A stretch of DNA of 32,367 nucleotides from Anatilimnocola sp. (GTDB lineage: Bacteria; Planctomycetota; Planctomycetia; Pirellulales; Pirellulaceae). The stretch lies in NCBI GenBank assembly GCA_043744755.1, contig JAYTUF010000242.1:1-32367 (forward strand), in the 5' to 3' direction. The notes beneath the pieces are model-generated. The model made no database searches. It had not been told where the DNA came from and saw only the letters and a program-made list of their open reading frames with translations. Shown here piece by piece: positions 1-8,783 of this stretch (its first letter is position 1; each line of letters opens with the position of its first letter). The position numbers and the translations under genes were made by a program.

Positions 1-179
1 AGGCAAGAACCGCTTCAAATCGCGGTGATTTTGCATAACGTGACGACTTCGCGGCCACCACAACCTGTAGACGCGGTGGCGTCAAGTGCATAGCTAGAAC
101 GCACGATAATGACTCCTTCAGGTGGGACGATAACCGTTCGCCCGTTGGAGTCCCGCCCGAATGAGTTGTTATCATTTTC

Positions 180-209
180 TTGACGATGTTATATATAAGT
201 CGGTATCAT
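180..209 (+). promoter_or_regulatory. candidate sigma70 promoter in AT-rich island upstream of mfd
   Basis: TTGACG (180-185), 18-nt spacer, TATCAT (204-209), inside an unusually AT-rich stretch (~166-235). Confidence 0.35.
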
Positions 210-413
210 GTGATAATCCATAATTCGATAAGATCATGGCGGCGAACGAGTTGCGGCGAGACGAGGGCTCGGCCAGGGCGATTGAAATCGCGCGCGAACA
301 TGTTATCACGGCTGAGGAAGGCGTGTGTTCGCCACACTTGGGTATGTCGGGTAGGCGAGCGGCAGTCGGGCAAGGGTGCCTATCCTACTATTGGCCGGAA
401 TGGCGCCCTGCGC

Positions 414-419
414 TAGAAT
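414..419 (+). promoter_or_regulatory. candidate -10 element giving a near-leaderless mfd transcript
   Basis: TAGAAT ends 9 nt before the mfd ATG (429); no convincing Shine-Dalgarno between them. Confidence 0.35.
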
Positions 420-428
420 ACTCCAGGC

Positions 429-3400
429 ATGTCGGCAACATTGTCCGTGACAGTTACAGCGGTCGAGAACCTTCGGCAGCTGCCCGATTCGCTTTTGCGT
501 TATGAGGGCTTTGCCGAAGCGACGGCGGCCTTGGCCAGGTGCCAACCCGCGACGTTCGATGGAGTCTGGGGCTCGAGCTGCGCGCTGCTGGCGGCCGCTC
601 TCACGCTCTCTGGCAAGCGGCCGCTGCTGATTGCCGCCGCGCACGATCGCGAAGCCGATGATCTGGTCGCCGATCTGCCGCTGTTCGGCGTCGTCCAGGC
701 GGAGTTGTTCCCGGCCTGGGATCCTGCTTCTGAAGAGCGCGGGCTGCGCGATGAAGCGTATGGCCAGCGGATTCGCATCTTGAAGCAGTTAGCTCTGCAT
801 GGCTCTGCCGCACAGCCGCCACTGCTCGTGGCTAGCATCAACTCGCTGATGCAGCCAGTGCCGAGCGCGGAGCAATTGCGCACTTCAACGCGGACGATCA
901 GCCGCGGCGAGCGGCTCGATATCGAGGCCTTGCTGCGGTGGTTCATCGACAGTGGGTTTCATGCGACGAGTGCTGTTGAACTGCCGGGCGAGTTTTCGCA
1001 CCGCGGCGGCATTCTCGATATCTTCGCCCCCGATTGGCTCGAACCGGTGCGGTTGGAACTGTTTGACGAGGAGATCGAATCGCTCCGTTCCTTTGATGTC
1101 GCCACGCAGCGCAGTCTCGAAGTGCTGGAGCAGATCGAAGTCACGGTCCTTCCCAAGGATCAACCCCCGACCTCGCACCTGGCCGATTACTTCCCCGCGA
1201 ACGCTTGGGCGCTGCTCATCGAGCCGCAGCAACTGAGCGACGAAGGGAAGAATATTCTGCAGCGGGCAGAGAATACTAATATCTATCATTCGGTCGCCAG
1301 TGTGCTTGCCAGTTGCAGCCGGTTGGGAGTCGCGACCGCCGCGCATCTTTCGCCCGGCACTTACGGCGCGAACTGTCATCTGCCCATCGAATCGGTCGAG
1401 CGCTTCAGCGGTGACTTGCAACGCGTGCGTGATGAGCTCGATCAGGTTGCCGTCGATAACCATGTCTATCTGATCGTCGCCACCGATGCCGAAACCGAAC
1501 GCCTCCGTGAGTTATTGCGCGATACGAAGCTGATGGCGACGGGCCGGCTGCACTTCGTCATCGGCAGCCTGCGGGAAGGCTTTCGTCTCCCCCGTGATCA
1601 AACGCTGATCATTACCGGCGGCGAACTGTTTCATCGCGGCGAGTTGCGGCGGATTCCGCGGCGGCATCTCGGCAAAGCCATCGATAGCTTTCTCGACCTG
1701 CGGGATGGCGACCTGGTGGTGCATCTGGCGCATGGCATCGGCCGCTATCGCGGGCTGAAGCAGATCAGCAAGAATGGGCAGGCCGAAGAGCATCTCGAAA
1801 TCGAGTTCGACGGCGGCACGCGGATCTATGTTCCCGCGATCAAAATCGATCTCGTGCAGAAGTACATCGGTGGCAGTAAGACCCGCCCGACGCTCGCCAA
1901 GATCGGCGGTAAAAGCTGGCACAAACAGAAAGAAGCCGCCGAAGAGGCCGTCCGCGATCTGGCCGTCGAAATGCTCGAAGTGCAAGCCATGCGCAGCAGC
2001 CGCCCGGGCATTTCGTTCACCGTCGATAGCGAATGGCAACGCGAGTTCGACGCTTCGTTCCCGTACCGTGAAACCGTCGATCAGCTTTCCTCGATCCGCG
2101 CCATCAAGTCGGACATGCAAAAGCCGCGGCCGATGGACCGGCTGCTTTGCGGCGACGTGGGTTTCGGTAAGACCGAAGTCGCCATGCGGGCGGCTTTCAA
2201 AGCGGTCGATAACGGCTATCAGGTCGCGGTGCTGGTGCCGACAACCATTCTCTGCGAGCAACACTTCAACAGCTTCAGCGAGCGGATGGTGGAGTTTCCC
2301 TTCGATATCGGCAAGCTCAGCCGCTTTTGCACGCCGCAGGAAACGCGCGAGACGGTCGCGGGGCTGAAGAGCGGCAAGGTCGATATCGTCATCGGCACGC
2401 ACCGCATCGCTTCGCAGGATATTGAGTTTCACAACCTGGGCCTGGTCATTATCGACGAAGAGCAACGTTTCGGCGTGGATGTGAAGGAGCGACTGAAGCT
2501 GCTCCGGGCTACGGTCGATGTGCTCACGCTCTCCGCCACGCCGATTCCGCGGACGCTGCACATGTCGCTCGTCGGCGTGCGGGATATTTCGAATCTCGAA
2601 TCGCCGCCCGAAGATCGCGTGGCCGTCGAAACGCGGGTCACGCGCTGGGACAACGACCTGATCCGTCATGCCATCAATCGCGAACTCGCCCGCGAAGGGC
2701 AGATTTATTTTGTTCACAACCGCGTGAACGATATTGAACACATCGCCAAGCGCTTGAACGACATTGTGCCGGTCGCCCGCATTCGGATCGGTCACGCTCA
2801 GATGGCCGATGATGAGCTCGAACAAGTGATGATCGATTTCGTGGCCCACAAATTCGATATTCTGGTGGCAACGACGATCGTTGAAAGCGGCCTGGATATT
2901 CCCAACGCCAACACGATCTTCATCGACGAGGCCGATCGATATGGCTTGGCTGACCTGCATCAACTCCGCGGCCGAGTGGGGCGGTACAAGCATCGGGCCT
3001 ATTGCTATCTGCTCACCGATCCCAACAAGCACATCACGCCCAACGCCTCGCGGCGGCTGCGGGCCATTGAAGAGTTCAGCGAAATGGGGGCCGGCTTCGC
3101 GATCTCGATGCGCGATCTTGAGATCCGCGGCGCGGGGAATCTGCTCGGCACGCAGCAGAGCGGACACATCGCCACGGTGGGTTACGAACTCTATTGCCAA
3201 CTGCTCGAAAACGCCGTCCGCGCGCTGCAAAACACGACGCCGCGGCTGAAGCTCGATGTCGATATCAATCTGCCGGGCGAAGCGCTGCTGCCTGATGATT
3301 ACGTCCCCGATATTCGGCTGAAGATCGATCTTTATCGCCGCTTGACGCGGATCAACGCTTTTCAAGAGCTAGCTGATCTGCGGGCGGAACTGGTTGATCG

Positions 3401-3677
3401 CTTTGGTCCGCCGCCGCGGCAGACTGAACGATTGCTGGAGTTGATCGAACTGAAAATGGACGCGGCGGTCTGGTTTATTTCGGCCATTTTTCGCGAAGAC
3501 AAGTTTATGGTCTTTCAATACCGCGACCGCGGCCGGATCGAGCAACTCGCCAGGCAGCACAAGGGGCAACTGCGAATTGTGGACGACAAAGCGGCCTATT
3601 TGCCCTTGCCGCCGCAGCCGCTCGATCCTGACCAGTTGCATGCTCTGGTGAAATCGGTGTTGCAGCCGCGAAAGTGA
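429..3677 (+). CDS. mfd: transcription-repair coupling factor Mfd
   Basis: 1082 aa. UvrB-homology region (PGEFSHRGGILDIF), CarD-like RID (GDLVVHLAHGIGRY), Walker A CGDVGFGKTEVA, DEEQRFG, SATPIPRTL, QLRGRVGR, TRG motif RDLEIRGAGNLLG, C-terminal TRCF domain. Confidence 0.98.
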   Translation: MSATLSVTVTAVENLRQLPDSLLRYEGFAEATAALARCQPATFDGVWGSSCALLAAALTLSGKRPLLIAAAHDREADDLVADLPLFGVVQAELFPAWDPASEERGLRDEAYGQRIRILKQLALHGSAAQPPLLVASINSLMQPVPSAEQLRTSTRTISRGERLDIEALLRWFIDSGFHATSAVELPGEFSHRGGILDIFAPDWLEPVRLELFDEEIESLRSFDVATQRSLEVLEQIEVTVLPKDQPPTSHLADYFPANAWALLIEPQQLSDEGKNILQRAENTNIYHSVASVLASCSRLGVATAAHLSPGTYGANCHLPIESVERFSGDLQRVRDELDQVAVDNHVYLIVATDAETERLRELLRDTKLMATGRLHFVIGSLREGFRLPRDQTLIITGGELFHRGELRRIPRRHLGKAIDSFLDLRDGDLVVHLAHGIGRYRGLKQISKNGQAEEHLEIEFDGGTRIYVPAIKIDLVQKYIGGSKTRPTLAKIGGKSWHKQKEAAEEAVRDLAVEMLEVQAMRSSRPGISFTVDSEWQREFDASFPYRETVDQLSSIRAIKSDMQKPRPMDRLLCGDVGFGKTEVAMRAAFKAVDNGYQVAVLVPTTILCEQHFNSFSERMVEFPFDIGKLSRFCTPQETRETVAGLKSGKVDIVIGTHRIASQDIEFHNLGLVIIDEEQRFGVDVKERLKLLRATVDVLTLSATPIPRTLHMSLVGVRDISNLESPPEDRVAVETRVTRWDNDLIRHAINRELAREGQIYFVHNRVNDIEHIAKRLNDIVPVARIRIGHAQMADDELEQVMIDFVAHKFDILVATTIVESGLDIPNANTIFIDEADRYGLADLHQLRGRVGRYKHRAYCYLLTDPNKHITPNASRRLRAIEEFSEMGAGFAISMRDLEIRGAGNLLGTQQSGHIATVGYELYCQLLENAVRALQNTTPRLKLDVDINLPGEALLPDDYVPDIRLKIDLYRRLTRINAFQELADLRAELVDRFGPPPRQTERLLELIELKMDAAVWFISAIFREDKFMVFQYRDRGRIEQLARQHKGQLRIVDDKAAYLPLPPQPLDPDQLHALVKSVLQPRK

Positions 3678-3704
3678 ACTGTTAAGAATCGCCCGCTTGA
3701 ACTT

Positions 3705-3737
3705 CGCGCGCAGGAACCGTGCGCGCGGTGATAGCAT
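3705..3737 (+). promoter_or_regulatory. 8-bp hairpin followed by extended -10-like element between mfd and the PPIase gene
   Basis: CGCGCGCA (3705-3712) pairs perfectly with TGCGCGCG (3720-3727), no U-tract. Followed by TG-a-TAGCAT (3729-3737). Confidence 0.3.
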
Positions 3738-3782
3738 TTGAGCGATCAATTGAATTTTCACTTGCCAGGGAAGGCTTGCAGC

Positions 3783-5219
3783 GTGAACTTGCGGCAGCGA
3801 CTGCTGACGATGGTGATGATCACGCTGCTTGCGCGCCCGGCGACTGCCTGGCAACCACCGCCCGGCGTGCGGCCCGATCCCTATGCGCAGCCACCCGTGA
3901 CCGCCGGCAATACTGGCTTTCGCTTCGGCCCCGATCCAAATGCCCAGCCACCTGCTCAGCCTGCGCCCCAGCCGCCACCACAATTTGCGCCGCCGATTGC
4001 TCAGCCTCAGCCTCAGCCTCAGCCTCAGCCTCAGGGCCCAGTCGCTCAGCCGCCGATCATTCCTGGCTTCAATCCCGCAGCTAATCCCGCGGCCGACAAC
4101 CAACAAGCTGGCTCGGCCTTGTTTCAACCCAGCCAGATCGTCGCCACCGTGGGCAATCAATACATTCTGTACGGCGACGTGGCACCGACCGTCAATCAGA
4201 TGCTGGAACCTGCTTTCAAGAAGGCTCGCTCGGACGAGGAGCGGAGCCAGATCGAAGCCGTTCGTTCGCAGTTGACGCAGCAAGTCGTCAGGCAGATGGT
4301 GGAGACCAAAATTCTCTATTTGGAATTCGACCGGGAGCTTGAGAAGAATGCGGGCCGCGACAAAGTGAAAGAGGCTCGCGCCGATATTACCAAGCGAGTT
4401 CGCGATGGCTTTGAGAAGCAGTTGCTCGTCACGCGTGAGAAGGTAGTGGCCGCCACGACGCCGGAAGAGGTCCAGGAACTCGCCAAGCGCGATCCGATCC
4501 TGCCGCGCCTGGCAATCTTGATGAAAGACAATAATATCGAAACGCTGGCCGATCTCGATCAAGTCTTGCGGCGGTATGGTTCATCGCTCGCCAAACAACA
4601 GCAGGCCTTTGCCGATCATAATCTGGGAAGGTCCAAGTTATCGGACAAGATCAAAACGAAGAGCGAAGTGTCTCACCTGGAGATGCTGAACTATTACCGC
4701 GAACATGCTGACGACTTTGCGGTGAAAGCAAAATCCCGTTTTGAAATGTTGTCAGTCAAGTTTGTCAACTATCCCAACAGAGATGCTGCCTGGCAGGCGC
4801 TCGCCCAGATGGGCAACGAGGTCTTCCTGGGAACGCCATTCGCCGCGGTCGCCAAGAAGGGCTCGCAAGACCCGAATGCGGATAAGGGGGGACTCTACGA
4901 CTGGACCACCGAGAAGAGTCTGGCTTCCGACGTGCTCAACAATGCCATCTTCACTTTTGACCCAGGTAAGCTCAGCCCGATTTTGGAAGACGAACGGGGC
5001 TTGCACATCATCCGCGTCATCGAACGCACGCCGGCTGGGTTCATTCCCTTCACCGATGCCCAGGTAAAGATCAAGGAATTGATCAACCAGCAACGGCGCG
5101 AAGTGGCCTACAAAGCCTATCTCGCCAGCCTGCGTTCCAAGACGGTGGTCTGGACGATCTACGACGCCGACCCAGCGAACAATGTCGCCGCCAAGCCTGG
5201 CGCGAATCCGCAGCGGTAG
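3783..5219 (+). CDS. exported SurA/PrsA-like parvulin-type peptidylprolyl isomerase (foldase)
   Basis: Signal peptide (LRQRLLTMVMITLLARPATA), Pro/Gln-rich linker, SurA-N-like IVATVGNQYILYGDV, rotamase motif FAAVAKKGSQDPNADKGG...LSPILEDERGLHIIRV. GTG 3783 chosen because GGGAAGG lies upstream; the ORF track starts at 3738. Confidence 0.85.
   Translation: MNLRQRLLTMVMITLLARPATAWQPPPGVRPDPYAQPPVTAGNTGFRFGPDPNAQPPAQPAPQPPPQFAPPIAQPQPQPQPQPQGPVAQPPIIPGFNPAANPAADNQQAGSALFQPSQIVATVGNQYILYGDVAPTVNQMLEPAFKKARSDEERSQIEAVRSQLTQQVVRQMVETKILYLEFDRELEKNAGRDKVKEARADITKRVRDGFEKQLLVTREKVVAATTPEEVQELAKRDPILPRLAILMKDNNIETLADLDQVLRRYGSSLAKQQQAFADHNLGRSKLSDKIKTKSEVSHLEMLNYYREHADDFAVKAKSRFEMLSVKFVNYPNRDAAWQALAQMGNEVFLGTPFAAVAKKGSQDPNADKGGLYDWTTEKSLASDVLNNAIFTFDPGKLSPILEDERGLHIIRVIERTPAGFIPFTDAQVKIKELINQQRREVAYKAYLASLRSKTVVWTIYDADPANNVAAKPGANPQR
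4001..4034 (+). repeat. perfect hexanucleotide microsatellite (TCAGCC)5+TCAG encoding QPQPQPQPQPQ
   Basis: Read directly from the sequence. Confidence 0.95.
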
Positions 5220-5458
5220 TTGATAGGTTTTCTTCGCGACCGCTGGGTTCATCCGCGGGGCGCTCAATGGGTCAGCTACTAGTAGCCTTTCAGTGATCGC
5301 CCCACCGGCACAAGGAGACTGCTGAAAAAGTTCTGATTTAGTGTCAGTAGCCCGTTGACTCGTATCACCACAATCTGTCCGACCGCGAGGTGATTGCCGT
5401 TGGCGGCCGCTGAACCTTTCGCGCCGTCTATTCTACGAAACCGAAGAAGAGGCCGAGG

Positions 5459-5926
5459 CTACTTCGCAGCCACGGCCTGGCTGATCACATACGGATTGAT
5501 GATGAGCAGCGGCTGCGAGCGCGACTGGTCTCCGCTTGCCGGCGCACGCCGCGGCGGGGGAAGTTGGCCGCCGCCATCTTCCTGTTTCAGATAGGGATTG
5601 AAGAAGAAGGCGGGATCGCTGTTCGAGACGGACCGGCTTTCGATCTCGGTGGTCGTGAAGGGCGGGTAGGTGCTGGGCCAGGCAAAGGGGCTGGCGCCAT
5701 ACGGGCGGCGGATGATTTTGGCGCTGTAATAAACGGGCGGATGAATGGCGAAGTACGGCGGCAGCGGAGCGTAGCCAACCCGCGTGCCGAGGTAGCCGTA
5801 ACCCTGACCGCCCCAGCCATTCCAAGCGGCCAGATCGCTGCCATAAGGATACTGGGCTTGAGCGATGTTTGAAGTAAGTACGGTCAGAATCACAACGCTA
5901 AACAGAAAGGCAAGGCGGCGAATCAT
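5459..5926 (-). CDS. secreted hypothetical protein, Tyr/Gly/Pro-rich
   Basis: ATG 5926 gives MIRRLAFLFSVVILTVLTSNIAQA-Q, a clean Sec signal peptide; 155 aa. Core PPYFAIHPPVYYS...RPYGASPFAWP; C-terminal PLLIINPYV. Confidence 0.75.
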   Translation of the reverse strand: MIRRLAFLFSVVILTVLTSNIAQAQYPYGSDLAAWNGWGGQGYGYLGTRVGYAPLPPYFAIHPPVYYSAKIIRRPYGASPFAWPSTYPPFTTTEIESRSVSNSDPAFFFNPYLKQEDGGGQLPPPRRAPASGDQSRSQPLLIINPYVISQAVAAK

Positions 5927-6115
5927 GGTGGCGGCTCGGCTGCGAACAAGGGATGAAAATCCGGGGAGTTGTCTACGTTCCAGACTAATTCGAGGGCAGC
6001 GAGGATTCAACTGGCGAAGCGCGACTCGTCTCGCATTCGAGGCGTCAAGCCCCCACGCGATCCAACTCGGTGGTCCCTTCTGTTGCACGCTGCGGCGACT
6101 TGTTACGGTGGGTTC

Positions 6116-6895
6116 ATGGGACGAGGAACTGCCATTTCCGCTGACCACTCCGCCGCCACTCAGGTGCGGCAGGGGCAGGCTGCGCGCTGCCGGGGATTGT
6201 TCATCGCCGGCACGGATACTTGCGTGGGCAAGACCTATGTCGCCGCAACAATCGCTCGCGATCTGGCTCATGCGGGTTGGCGAGTGGGTGTTTACAAGCC
6301 CGCGGCCAGCGGTTGCCGGCGGGCGGGAAAGACGCTCGTCTCTGACGATGCCGTCGCGCTGTGGGATGCGGCGGGTCGTCCCGGCAAACTATCGGCCGTC
6401 TGTCCGCAGCGTTTTTCCGCGCCGCTCGCGCCGCATCTGGCTGCCATCCAAGAGCGCAAAGAAATCGACTCGCAGCAGCTTCGCCGCGGCTTGCAATACT
6501 GGCTGCGGCGAAGCGACGTCGTGGTGATTGAAGGCGCCGGCGGGCTGATGTCGCCGATGGGGGAACAGGATTACGTCGCCGACCTGGCGCGGGACTTTGG
6601 TTATCCTTTAATTGTCGTCGCGGCCAATCGCATCGGCACCATCAACCACACGCTGCAAACCTTGATCGCCGCTCAGGCCTTTGGCAGCGGCTTGCCGGTC
6701 GCGGGGATCGTGCTCAACGACGTGTTGCCGCCGGAAGTTGACGACCCCAGCGTGCGCTTCAACCGCTGTGAATTGGAACTCCGCTGCGTGCCGCCGGTGC
6801 TCGCCCAAATCGGCTATCGCGAGTCGCAGTTCGATCGCGCAGTGGACTGGATGCACCTGGCCCAGCCCGCGCGAGTCAGTTCATGTGCGAAATAG
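6116..6895 (+). CDS. bioD: dethiobiotin synthase
   Basis: GLFIAGTDTCVGKT P-loop, YKPAASG, APLAPHLAA, VIEGAGG, IGTINHTLQTL, GIVLN. Start uncertain (ATG 6116 or GTG 6164; ORF track 5969). Confidence 0.93.
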   Translation: MGRGTAISADHSAATQVRQGQAARCRGLFIAGTDTCVGKTYVAATIARDLAHAGWRVGVYKPAASGCRRAGKTLVSDDAVALWDAAGRPGKLSAVCPQRFSAPLAPHLAAIQERKEIDSQQLRRGLQYWLRRSDVVVIEGAGGLMSPMGEQDYVADLARDFGYPLIVVAANRIGTINHTLQTLIAAQAFGSGLPVAGIVLNDVLPPEVDDPSVRFNRCELELRCVPPVLAQIGYRESQFDRAVDWMHLAQPARVSSCAK

Positions 6896-6901
6896 CAAGA
6901 T

Positions 6902-7342
6902 TCAATCCCGCAAGTCCTGCACAATTTCGTTCGTTCCGCCCGCGGATACTTCTTTGTCCAGTGGCGTTTGCAGCGCGGACGCATACTTGGCAGGAAGTTC
7001 ATTCTTCGGCGGGCCGCCCGCTTTGTACGGATCAACAATGCCGTCCGCAGCGGGAAATTTCTGCACCGTCACCTTGTAGAGTCCCGCCAGCGCACCACGA
7101 CGATCATCACCGGGCGCGAAATAAGTCTGCACGGTGAACCTGCCGCTGGCATCGGTCGTGCCTCGCGCGGGCTTGAGTCCGGCCGCGTCGTCCACGGGAA
7201 TCAGCGTGACGTCGGCCCCCTGGACCGCAACATTCTTGTAGGTGATGGTACCGGAAACGGGGTAGAGCTTGACGCTGGAGCCGCAACCGGAGCAGGCCAG
7301 CAGCAGGACGAACAATCCTGAGCCAAGAAAAGTCCTTCGCAT
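6902..7342 (-). CDS. lipoprotein, carboxypeptidase-regulatory-like/transthyretin-like beta-sandwich (DUF1559 partner type)
   Basis: MRRTFLGSGLFVLLLACSGC lipobox. YPVSGTITY, GTTDASGRF, GALAGLYKVTV, LPAKYAS...TPL are typical of the planctomycete lipoproteins that follow DUF1559 genes. Alternative ATG at 7357. Confidence 0.85.
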   Translation of the reverse strand: MRRTFLGSGLFVLLLACSGCGSSVKLYPVSGTITYKNVAVQGADVTLIPVDDAAGLKPARGTTDASGRFTVQTYFAPGDDRRGALAGLYKVTVQKFPAADGIVDPYKAGGPPKNELPAKYASALQTPLDKEVSAGGTNEIVQDLRD

Positions 7343-7419
7343 ATAGTTATTTTCCATCAGGAACAAAGTCTTAAGCTTAGCCACCGAATTCAGAGACTGT
7401 CGGGCTTTTGCATTGTCTT

Positions 7420-7575
7420 GAACCCGAAGGGTTCGCAGCCATTAGCCCCGGGTTGAGGCGTTAGCCGATACCCGGGGAAAACGGAAAATGATCCCCCGAT
7501 CCCGAAGGGATCGCAGGGAACCCCAGGTGTCGCTGCGCTCAACCTGGGGCTAATTGCTTTGATCCCTCCGGGATC
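7420..7575. repeat. REP-like composite palindromic element (two inverted ~55-58 bp units plus an extra hairpin)
   Basis: Unit A 7420-7477 GAACCCGAAGGGTTCGCAGCCATTAGCCCCGGGTTGAGG...ACCCGGGG. Reverse complement of 7521-7575 is GATCCCGGAGGGATCAAAGCAATTAGCCCCAGGTTGAGC...ACCTGGGG. A third hairpin GATCCCGAAGGGATCGCAG lies at 7498-7516. Confidence 0.8.
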
Positions 7576-7667
7576 GATTCAAATGCACCAAAGCCGGTGG
7601 CTAATGAATCGCGAAACTAGTTCAAAAGGTCCACTCAACTTCCTACACCAAATACCAGCGACTTAAA

Positions 7668-8729
7668 TCAATACCCCGCCACCGCGTTCCCATCCCGCCG
7701 GTCGCCCAGCATTTGATAGGTGGTGTGGTCAATGCTATCGCGGAGGAATTGGACGCTGCCGTCGCAGAAGCCGAACATGGCGCCGCCCGGGTGTTTGGAT
7801 TTGAAGCCCATGGCGGCGTTCCAGCCGTTTTCCTTATCCTGGCAACCGGGGCCGCCGGAATTGGGATTATTCGGCACGCCTCGCTCGCCTGGGCAAGTGG
7901 GAAGATTGATGGGCGCGGTCGTGGCAAACCAGAGTCCTTCGGAGAGCGCCCAACTACTGCGATACAAAAACCCCGAACACCAGCCGCGCACTTCGCCCAT
8001 CATGATCGTTTGCGAAGTTCCGTCAGTGGCATCGGCAAAACGCGCGGCCCAAGTGCTGCGCGCAAAGACACCGGAAATCTGTTCGGGATAGGGGCAGTCC
8101 GAGCGAATGTTGCCCGGTCCGGCGCCATTGCACTGCGGCGGAAGGGACGTGAAGCTGAACCAGTCCTCGCCGTCGTCGTCGTGATCGTATAGCGTACCGC
8201 CGTTCCCGACAATCGACGCCATGTTGCAACCCGAACCGGCCCGCATAACTTGGGCGCCGATGCAACCGGCGTAGTTCGTCATCGCCAAGCCGTTGTAACG
8301 CCGTTCGTGCTGGACGCTGGGGCAAATATAGGTATTGATCAACTGTGTTTTGAGCGCGGTGCCATCCACGATTTGATCGCCCGGAAGCGCCGGCAACGTG
8401 AAGCGAATTTTGTCGAAGCGCGGCCGCTCTTCGATGAAGGGGAGCAGCAGCACCAGGTGCGAAGCGCGGTCGCGGTCCTCAAACGGCTCCAGCGTCTGAG
8501 TGACGTGGTTGATGTTGCACGGCAGGCGGCCGTACGTATCGTGATAGTTATGCATGCCGATGCCAATCTGCTTGAGATTGTTCGTGCATTGCGTGCGGCG
8601 GGCGGCCTCGCGGGCCGCTTGAACCGCGGGCAGGAGAAGGGCGACCAACACGCCGATGATGGCAATGACCACCAACAACTCGACGAGCGTGAAACCACGA
8701 ACGGCCGATTTTTCGGGAGAGTGTGTCAT
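7668..8729 (-). CDS. DUF1559 domain protein with prepilin-type N-terminal cleavage/methylation site
   Basis: RG|FTLVELLVVIAIIGVLVALLLPAVQAAREAARRTQCTNNLKQIG, YICPS, DGTSQTIMMGE, H-X9-DG motif HPGGAMFGFCDGSV. ATG 8729; ORF track 8759. Confidence 0.95.
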   Translation of the reverse strand: MTHSPEKSAVRGFTLVELLVVIAIIGVLVALLLPAVQAAREAARRTQCTNNLKQIGIGMHNYHDTYGRLPCNINHVTQTLEPFEDRDRASHLVLLLPFIEERPRFDKIRFTLPALPGDQIVDGTALKTQLINTYICPSVQHERRYNGLAMTNYAGCIGAQVMRAGSGCNMASIVGNGGTLYDHDDDGEDWFSFTSLPPQCNGAGPGNIRSDCPYPEQISGVFARSTWAARFADATDGTSQTIMMGEVRGWCSGFLYRSSWALSEGLWFATTAPINLPTCPGERGVPNNPNSGGPGCQDKENGWNAAMGFKSKHPGGAMFGFCDGSVQFLRDSIDHTTYQMLGDRRDGNAVAGY

Positions 8730-8730
8730 G

Positions 8731-8742
8731 CCCGCTATGGTA
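8731..8742 (-). promoter_or_regulatory. -10 element TACCAT, 7 nt upstream of the DUF1559 ATG (likely leaderless transcript)
   Basis: Minus strand reads TACCAT-AGCGGGC-ATG. The identical 12-mer recurs at 13414-13425. Confidence 0.5.
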
Positions 8743-8783
8743 GCGTGGCCAGGTGCCAAAATCGAGAGTCTTTGCGAAACTGT

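Noticed and set aside
180-644. Short ORFs 180-416, 236-505 and 306-644
   Set aside because: No motifs or convincing RBS; they overlap the promoter region or mfd.
1512-4562. 617-aa and 397-aa minus-strand ORFs
   Set aside because: Antisense to mfd and the PPIase, both of which have clear family motifs.
5927-6271. N-terminal extensions of the 270-aa minus ORF and the 308-aa bioD ORF, implying overlapping divergent genes
   Set aside because: Internal starts (5926 with a signal peptide; 6116 or 6164) remove the overlap, and the extensions look non-coding.
7420-7575. tRNA or known ncRNA
   Set aside because: No cloverleaf or T-loop consensus; an inverted duplicate of a double-hairpin unit fits a REP-like element better.
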